From Patescibacteria group bacterium (GTDB lineage Bacteria > Patescibacteriota > CPR2 > UBA1875), in assembly GCA_041737595.1 (NCBI GenBank), contig JBGSRK010000005.1:1610-65609 (forward strand): 64,000 nucleotides of DNA, given 5' to 3'. The notes under the pieces are model-generated. The model was not told the DNA's origin. It did no database searches and was given only the letters and a program-made list of their open reading frames with translations. Shown here one piece after another: positions 58,112 through 64,000 of this stretch; within the stretch, counting starts at the first letter, position 1, and every line of letters begins with the position of its first letter. The translations under genes were made by a program, and so were the position numbers.

Positions 58112-60223
58112 TTATTCAGTTTCTAGATCTACTTCTGTTTCTGATTCTAATTTACTGCCACGTTTTGCTTTAATTTCTTCGGCAATGTTATTTGGAACTT
58201 CTTCATAATGGTCAAATTCCATTGCATAAGAAGCTCTTCCTTGAGTCATAGAACGAAGGGATGTTGCATAACCAAACATTTCTGAAAGTGGGACAAAAGC
58301 ATCTACCACTTTTGCACTAGCCCTATCTTCCATCTTTTGAATTCGGCCACGTTTTGAGTTAAGGTCACCCATAACATCACCCATAAATTCTTCAGGGGTT
58401 ACAACTTCTACTTTCATAACAGGCTCCATAATTACTGGTTTACCCTTTTTAACACCTTCTTGGAAAGCCATTGAACCTGCAATTTTAAAAGCCATTTCTG
58501 ATGAATCAACTTCGTGATATGAACCTTCAAGAAGTGTAACTTTAATATCTACAACTGGGTATCCAGCGATAACACCATTAGCCATAGCATCTTTAACCCC
58601 TTGTTCAACTGGTTTTATATATTCTTTTGGTACAGAACCACCAACAATTTTGTTTACGAATTCAAATCCTCCGCCTTGTTCCATCGGTTCAACTTCAAGC
58701 CAAACGTGACCATATTGACCACGACCACCAGTCTGTTTGATATATTTACCTTCAGCTTTATTAGCATTTTTAATTGTTTCACGGTAAGCAACTTGAGGTT
58801 TACCAACATTTGCCTCAACCTTAAATTCTCTTTTCATACGATCAACAATAATTTCAAGATGTAATTCACCCATACCACCAATAATTGTTTGGTTTGTATC
58901 TTCATCAGTTCTAACCACAAAAGTTGGATCTTCTTCTGCTAAACGAGAAAGTGCAACACCCATTTTTTCTTGGTCAGCTTTAGTTTTTGGTTCTATTGCA
59001 ATATGAATAACTGGATCAGGGAAAGTTATTGCCTCAAGTATTACTGGATTTGCAGCATCACAAAGTGTATCTCCAGTTGTAACTTTTTTCAAGCCAACTG
59101 CAGCTGCAATCTCTCCTGAATATACTTGATCAACATCTTCTCTCTGATTTGCATGTAATCTAATAATTCGGCCTAAACGCTCTTTTTCACCAGTGGTTGA
59201 ATTATGAACATATGAACCAGCCATAATTGTTCCAGAATATACACGGAAAAATGCGAGTTTACCAACAAATGGATCAGATGCAATTTTGAAAGCAAGAGCA
59301 GTAAATGGTTCTTCGTCAGAAGCATGTCTTTCAACCTCTTCGCCTGTCTTAACATCAATTGCCTTAATTGCAGGAACATCAAGTGGGTTTGGTAAAAAAT
59401 TTACGATAGCATCAAGTAATGTTTCTACTATTACTCCTCGTCCATCACCACCCATAATTGGAAAAAAATCACCGGCTAGAACAGATTTTCGAATAGCTGT
59501 AATAAGTTCTTCTTCGGTCAGTTCTCCCCCGTTAAGATATTTTTCCATTATAACTTCATCAGCTTCTACAGCTTTTTCTAAAAGCTCGTGTCTATATTTT
59601 TCGACTTTTTCTTTCATATCTTCAGGGATTTCAATTTCAGTTAATTCTTTATCTTTATAATCTGTATATTTGTATGCTTTTCTAGTAATAATATCGACAA
59701 CACCATTTATGGCTTGTTCAAAACCTATTGGTAATTGTATAGGATATGCATTTTTTGAAAGTCTTTCTTTTATTGAATCAAGGGATTTATAAAAATCTCC
59801 ACCAGTTTGATTTATTTTATTAATAAAACAAATTCGTGGGACATGATATTTATCAGCTTGGCGCCAAACTGTTTCAGATTGAGGTTCTACACCCATTTTC
59901 CCATCAAAAACCACAACTGCACCATCAAGCACTCGAAGTGAACGTTCAACTTCAACTGTAAAGTCCACGTGTCCTGGAGTATCAATAATATTTATTCTTT
60001 TTTGTTTCCAAAAACAAGTTGTTGCTGCAGAAGTAATTGTTATCCCACGTTCTCTTTCCTGTTCCATCCAATCCATAGTTGCTTCACCTTCGTGAACTTC
60101 ACCTATTTTATGAGTTTTACCAGTTCTATAAAGAACACCTTCTGTAACTGTGGTTTTACCGGCATCTATATGTGCGATAATACCAATATTTCTAGTATCT
60201 TTTAAGCTATATTCTCGAGCCAT
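58112..60223 (-). CDS. fusA: Elongation factor G
   Basis: [17 protein letters not shown] and full five-domain EF-G blocks. Confidence 0.97.
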   Translation of the reverse strand: MAREYSLKDTRNIGIIAHIDAGKTTVTEGVLYRTGKTHKIGEVHEGEATMDWMEQERERGITITSAATTCFWKQKRINIIDTPGHVDFTVEVERSLRVLDGAVVVFDGKMGVEPQSETVWRQADKYHVPRICFINKINQTGGDFYKSLDSIKERLSKNAYPIQLPIGFEQAINGVVDIITRKAYKYTDYKDKELTEIEIPEDMKEKVEKYRHELLEKAVEADEVIMEKYLNGGELTEEELITAIRKSVLAGDFFPIMGGDGRGVIVETLLDAIVNFLPNPLDVPAIKAIDVKTGEEVERHASDEEPFTALAFKIASDPFVGKLAFFRVYSGTIMAGSYVHNSTTGEKERLGRIIRLHANQREDVDQVYSGEIAAAVGLKKVTTGDTLCDAANPVILEAITFPDPVIHIAIEPKTKADQEKMGVALSRLAEEDPTFVVRTDEDTNQTIIGGMGELHLEIIVDRMKREFKVEANVGKPQVAYRETIKNANKAEGKYIKQTGGRGQYGHVWLEVEPMEQGGGFEFVNKIVGGSVPKEYIKPVEQGVKDAMANGVIAGYPVVDIKVTLLEGSYHEVDSSEMAFKIAGSMAFQEGVKKGKPVIMEPVMKVEVVTPEEFMGDVMGDLNSKRGRIQKMEDRASAKVVDAFVPLSEMFGYATSLRSMTQGRASYAMEFDHYEEVPNNIAEEIKAKRGSKLESETEVDLETE

Positions 60224-60246
60224 ATTTCCCTTATCCCCTCTTTATT

Positions 60247-60723
60247 TTAGTATCTAGCAAAATGGGCAAAGGCTTTATTTGCTTCGGCCATTTTATGAGT
60301 GTCTTCTCTTTTTTTAACTGCATTACCAGTGCCATTTGCTGCATCCATTAATTCCTCTGCTAAACAAACATCAAAAGGTTTACCTTTTCTGGCCCTTGCA
60401 GCTTCTCTTAGCCAAACAATGCCATAATGCATTCTTCTTGTAGGGCTAACTTCGATTGGGATTTGATAATTTGAACCACCGATTCTTCTAGATTTAACCT
60501 GGACAGTGGGTGAAGCATTTTTAAGAGCTTCTTCAAAAACCTGGATAGGATCTTTTTTTGTTTTTTCAGCAATAATATCCATTGCTGAATAAAAAAGTCT
60601 TTGGGCTATTGATCTTTTCCCATCTAACATAAATTTACCAATAAATTTTGAAACTACAATATTTTGGAATCTTTCATCTGGTTGGATTTTATTTCTTTTT
60701 GCTCTTCTTGGATCTCTTGCCAT
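60247..60723 (-). CDS. rpsG: 30S ribosomal protein S7
   Basis: Canonical S7. Confidence 0.95.
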   Translation of the reverse strand: MARDPRRAKRNKIQPDERFQNIVVSKFIGKFMLDGKRSIAQRLFYSAMDIIAEKTKKDPIQVFEEALKNASPTVQVKSRRIGGSNYQIPIEVSPTRRMHYGIVWLREAARARKGKPFDVCLAEELMDAANGTGNAVKKREDTHKMAEANKAFAHFARY

Positions 60724-60725
60724 AT

Positions 60726-61133
60726 TTAACCTTTTTTAGCCCCGTATTTAGAGCGTCCCTTCTTTCTATTAGCAACTCCAGCTGTATCTAAAACTCCTCG
60801 GACAATATGGTATCTAACACCTGGTAAGTCTTTTACCCTGCCTCCGCGTATCATAACAACACTGTGTTCTTGTAGATTATGCCCGATACCAGGGATATAA
60901 GCTGTAACTTCCATACCGTTTGAAAGTCTTACCCTTGCGATTTTTCGAAGTGCAGAGTTAGGTTTTTTAGGAGTTGTTGTTGAAACTTTAACACAAACTC
61001 CCCTCTTAAATGGAGAGTTTGTTGGTTTTACTTTATTTTTAAGAGTATTAAGTGTTCTCCCCATTGCTGGTGCTTTGGTTTTTCGAACTTTTGTTACTCT
61101 TCCTTTTCTTACTAGTTGATTTATTGTAGGCAT
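60726..61133 (-). CDS. rpsL: 30S ribosomal protein S12
   Basis: [13 protein letters not shown]-terminus. Confidence 0.97.
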   Translation of the reverse strand: MPTINQLVRKGRVTKVRKTKAPAMGRTLNTLKNKVKPTNSPFKRGVCVKVSTTTPKKPNSALRKIARVRLSNGMEVTAYIPGIGHNLQEHSVVMIRGGRVKDLPGVRYHIVRGVLDTAGVANRKKGRSKYGAKKG

Positions 61134-61241
61134 ACGTATTCACCCCAAAAATCGGCAGATTTTTGGGGACCCCGATTTTTCTTTGATTAGTTTATTTGTT
61201 TTAATCATATTTATTATTTAACCTGTACGATTCTAGCAGAA

Positions 61242-64000
61242 TTATTCGATTTCTTCAAGAATTTCTTTTTCGGATACTTCGACTGTAGTATCAATATTTG
61301 GTTTATTAATTTCTAATAATGGGGCCGGTGTAACAAGGTCAAAGTCATAGCCTGTTCCTACTGGTATAAGCTTACCTATAATCACATTTTCTTTAAGCCC
61401 ATTTAGGTGATCTATTTTACCTTCTGTTGATGCGTTTATAAGCACTCTATTTGTTTCTTGGAAAGATGCAGCTGAAAGCCATGAATCAGTAGAAAGTGAT
61501 ACTTTAGAAATTGAAAGAAGTAAGTTTTCATATTGAGCTGGTTTTTTCTTTGATTTTATAACTCTTTCATTTTCTCCCATCAATGATTGGCGTGAAACAA
61601 TTTCTCCAGTTATGAATTTTGTATCTCCTGGTTCATCTATTCTAGCTCTTGAAAACATTTGTCTTATAATTACTTCAATATGTTTATCATTAATAGTTTG
61701 CCCTTGAATAGCATAAATCTTTTGAGTTTCTAGAGTAATATATCTTTGGATAGCTGCTTCACCAATCAACTCTAGTGCTTTTTGTAAGTTCCATGAACCT
61801 TCTGTAAGTTGTACTCCCCGTTTTATTTCTTCACCATCAGTAACTAAAACACGAATCTGTGAAGGAACTTCATATTCACGAATATCAGCTTCTTTTACTA
61901 ATGTCATTTTATCGCCCCGGAATTTAATAATTCCTGTGGCTTTTGCTCTAATCGGTTTTTTCTTTTCAGAAGTTGCAATTATATCTTTTATTTCTACTAC
62001 GGAATTATTTTTAACTGCTGGTTTATAACCTTTGATATCAATTTCTTCTTCATCAACAATAGTAGAAACGACTTTAATAATTTTTTTCTTTCCCTTTGTC
62101 TCAAGTTGAACTCTACCATCTATTTCTGCAAGTTTAGCTTCACCTTTTGGAGATCTGGCTTCAAAAAGCTCTTCAACACGAGGTAACCCTTGAGTAATAT
62201 CTACCCCAGCGACTCCACCCGTGTGAGTTGTTCTCATTGTTAATTGAGTACCAGGTTCACCAATAGATTGAGCGGCAATAATACCAACTGCTGTTCCCAT
62301 TCGAACAATGTCATTTTTAGCAAGATCTGCCCCATAACATTTTTGGCAAACACCCCATTTAGTTTTACAAGAAAGAACTGATCGAATTTTTACTTCTTCT
62401 ATACCATTCTTTTCAATTTCTTTGTAAACATCCTCTGTAATTAAGGTGCCCTTTTTAACAATTATCTCGCCTGTTTTCATATTTACTATTTTTTCAGCTG
62501 TGTATCTTGATAAAAGTCTTGAGATGAATTCTTCACCAATTTTTTCAGATTCAGATTTAGAAATTATCAAACCATCAGTGTCTTTACAATCTTCTTCTGC
62601 AACAGTTACATCTTGAGCTACATCAACTAGACGACGAGTTAAATAACCAGAATCTGAAGTACGTAGAGCAGTATCAGAAAAACCTTTTCTTGTACCATGT
62701 GTTGAAATAAAGAACTCCAAAGAACTAAGACCTTCGATATAGTTTGATTTTATAGGAAGTTCAATTACACGACCAGCTGGGTTATTTACATTTCCTTTCA
62801 TTCCTGCAAGTTGAGTTATTTGAGAAATATTACCACGAGCTCCACTATCTTTTGCAAGTGTTAAAAATGACTCAGAATCAAGCGCATCTGCCATTTTAAT
62901 TTGAATTTGTTCTTTTGCATTTTCCCAAACTTGGACTGAAAGGGTATATTTTTCATCTTCTGTAATAAACCCTTGTTCAAATTGGCTTCGAATTTCTAAT
63001 ACCTTTTTTTCTGCTTCATCTAATATACCTTGTTTTTCTTTAGGTACACGAACATCATCCATTGAAATAGATAGGCCAGATTCAGTCGCAAATCTAAATC
63101 CAAGATCTTTAATATTATCTAAGAATATAGTAGTTTCTTCTTCCCCATATTGTTCAAAAATTCGAGATACTAATGCAACTTGTTTTTTGTTATCAAATGG
63201 TTCATTAATATATTTCATACCCTTAGGTATAATTTTATTAAAGAATATTCTCCCAACGGTAGTATCTAAAACTTTTTGATCAATTTTTACTTTAATTTTT
63301 GCTTGAGGATGAACATAACCTAGATCATAAAAATTAATGGCCTCATCTGCTGAAGCAAATGATTTACCTTCGCCCTTTACTCCATCTTTTTCAAGTGTCA
63401 TCCAATAAACCCCAAGTATCATTTCATGCCTTGGTTTTGCTACAGGTTCTCCTGCAGCTGGTTTTAATAGATTGTGTTTTGAAAGCATTATTTGTTCTGC
63501 TTCTGCTTGAGCCATTCTTGAAAGAGGAACATGAACTGCCATTTGGTCCCCATCAAAATCAGCATTAAAGGCCTCACAGGCTAACGGATGGAGTTGGATT
63601 GCCTTACCTTCGATTAGTATTGGTAAGAATGCTTGGATACCAAGACGATGGAGCGTCGGGGCACGATTCAAAAGAACATATTTGTGTTCAATAACTTTAT
63701 CAAGCGCATCCCAGACTTCACTTCTTCCACGTTCTATCATTCTTGAAGCTGTTTTAATATTATGTGCAGTACCTTCACCTACAAGTACAGAGATAATAAA
63801 TGGTTTAAAAAGTTCAAGCGCCATCATTTTTGGTAATCCACATTGATTCATTTTAAGTTCTGGGCCAGCAACAATAACTGAACGACCGGAATAATCTACA
63901 CGTTTACCAAGCAGATTTTGTCTAAATCGCCCTTGTTTCCCTTTTAACATATCAGCTATAGATTTTAATTTTCTTTTAGCGCCAGTAGTTGCCATTGCTT
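61242..64000 (-). CDS. rpoC: DNA-directed RNA polymerase subunit beta', partial (N-terminus beyond window end)
   Basis: Conserved blocks [12 protein letters not shown] (catalytic Asp triad), the trigger loop and the C-terminal clamp. The track 'M' at 63995 is internal. Confidence 0.95.
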   Translation of the reverse strand, partial: AMATTGAKRKLKSIADMLKGKQGRFRQNLLGKRVDYSGRSVIVAGPELKMNQCGLPKMMALELFKPFIISVLVGEGTAHNIKTASRMIERGRSEVWDALDKVIEHKYVLLNRAPTLHRLGIQAFLPILIEGKAIQLHPLACEAFNADFDGDQMAVHVPLSRMAQAEAEQIMLSKHNLLKPAAGEPVAKPRHEMILGVYWMTLEKDGVKGEGKSFASADEAINFYDLGYVHPQAKIKVKIDQKVLDTTVGRIFFNKIIPKGMKYINEPFDNKKQVALVSRIFEQYGEEETTIFLDNIKDLGFRFATESGLSISMDDVRVPKEKQGILDEAEKKVLEIRSQFEQGFITEDEKYTLSVQVWENAKEQIQIKMADALDSESFLTLAKDSGARGNISQITQLAGMKGNVNNPAGRVIELPIKSNYIEGLSSLEFFISTHGTRKGFSDTALRTSDSGYLTRRLVDVAQDVTVAEEDCKDTDGLIISKSESEKIGEEFISRLLSRYTAEKIVNMKTGEIIVKKGTLITEDVYKEIEKNGIEEVKIRSVLSCKTKWGVCQKCYGADLAKNDIVRMGTAVGIIAAQSIGEPGTQLTMRTTHTGGVAGVDITQGLPRVEELFEARSPKGEAKLAEIDGRVQLETKGKKKIIKVVSTIVDEEEIDIKGYKPAVKNNSVVEIKDIIATSEKKKPIRAKATGIIKFRGDKMTLVKEADIREYEVPSQIRVLVTDGEEIKRGVQLTEGSWNLQKALELIGEAAIQRYITLETQKIYAIQGQTINDKHIEVIIRQMFSRARIDEPGDTKFITGEIVSRQSLMGENERVIKSKKKPAQYENLLLSISKVSLSTDSWLSAASFQETNRVLINASTEGKIDHLNGLKENVIIGKLIPVGTGYDFDLVTPAPLLEINKPNIDTTVEVSEKEILEEIE

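Noticed and set aside
1-64000. CRISPR arrays, rRNA genes, transposase or integrase genes
   Set aside because: No regularly spaced direct repeats, no rRNA-like conserved blocks, and no recognisable transposase or recombinase ORFs were seen anywhere in the window. The two GC islands lack an identifiable mobility gene.

Overview
This is a low-GC (~30%) bacterial chromosomal segment with compact gene packing and overlapping gene junctions; several ribosomal proteins carry extra tails, and L30 is absent from the spc region. These traits are typical of small-genome Patescibacteria/CPR-like bacteria (inference only).

The 5' half (+ strand) carries, in order:
- a partial PLD/HKD nuclease-like gene divergent from an XRE HTH regulator;
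- two DD-carboxypeptidases flanking a PAS histidine kinase/CheY pair and scpA-scpB;
- pseudouridine synthase, a GIY-YIG protein, der, a GNAT acetyltransferase, pth, dprA and topA.

The next four + strand genes have no recognisable function beyond their domains: a tandem zinc-ribbon protein, a Cys-rich internally duplicated protein, a sigma70-region4/HARE-HTH DNA-binding protein, and a 1037-aa membrane-anchored TraG/VirD4/FtsK-like P-loop ATPase.

The 3' half (- strand) is a long conserved core:
- a truncated dcw cluster (mraZ-rsmH-ftsL-ftsI-murF-mraY-ftsW-murG-ftsQ);
- rplA-rplK-nusG-secE, then a tRNA/rpmG cluster (Trp, Thr, Tyr, Thr);
- holB-ricT;
- the alpha, spc, S10 and str ribosomal operons through a partial rpoC.

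The most striking signal is two compositionally foreign high-GC islands inserted inside the otherwise universally conserved str/S10 ribosomal operons:
- a four-ORF cassette of small ORFan proteins between rpsJ and rplC, with ATGA-coupled starts, its own promoters and terminators, and a perfect 22-bp palindrome at its border;
- a two-gene membrane/zinc-ribbon module between fusA and tuf.

Other unexplained structure:
- a 215-bp element with 22-bp terminal inverted repeats plus stacked hairpins between mraZ and rsmH;
- a triple AAGTGG direct repeat (MraZ-box-like) in the mraZ leader;
- a GC-rich structured island after pth;
- a recurring palindromic motif AAAATC-N4-GATTTT upstream of the tRNA/rpmG genes.
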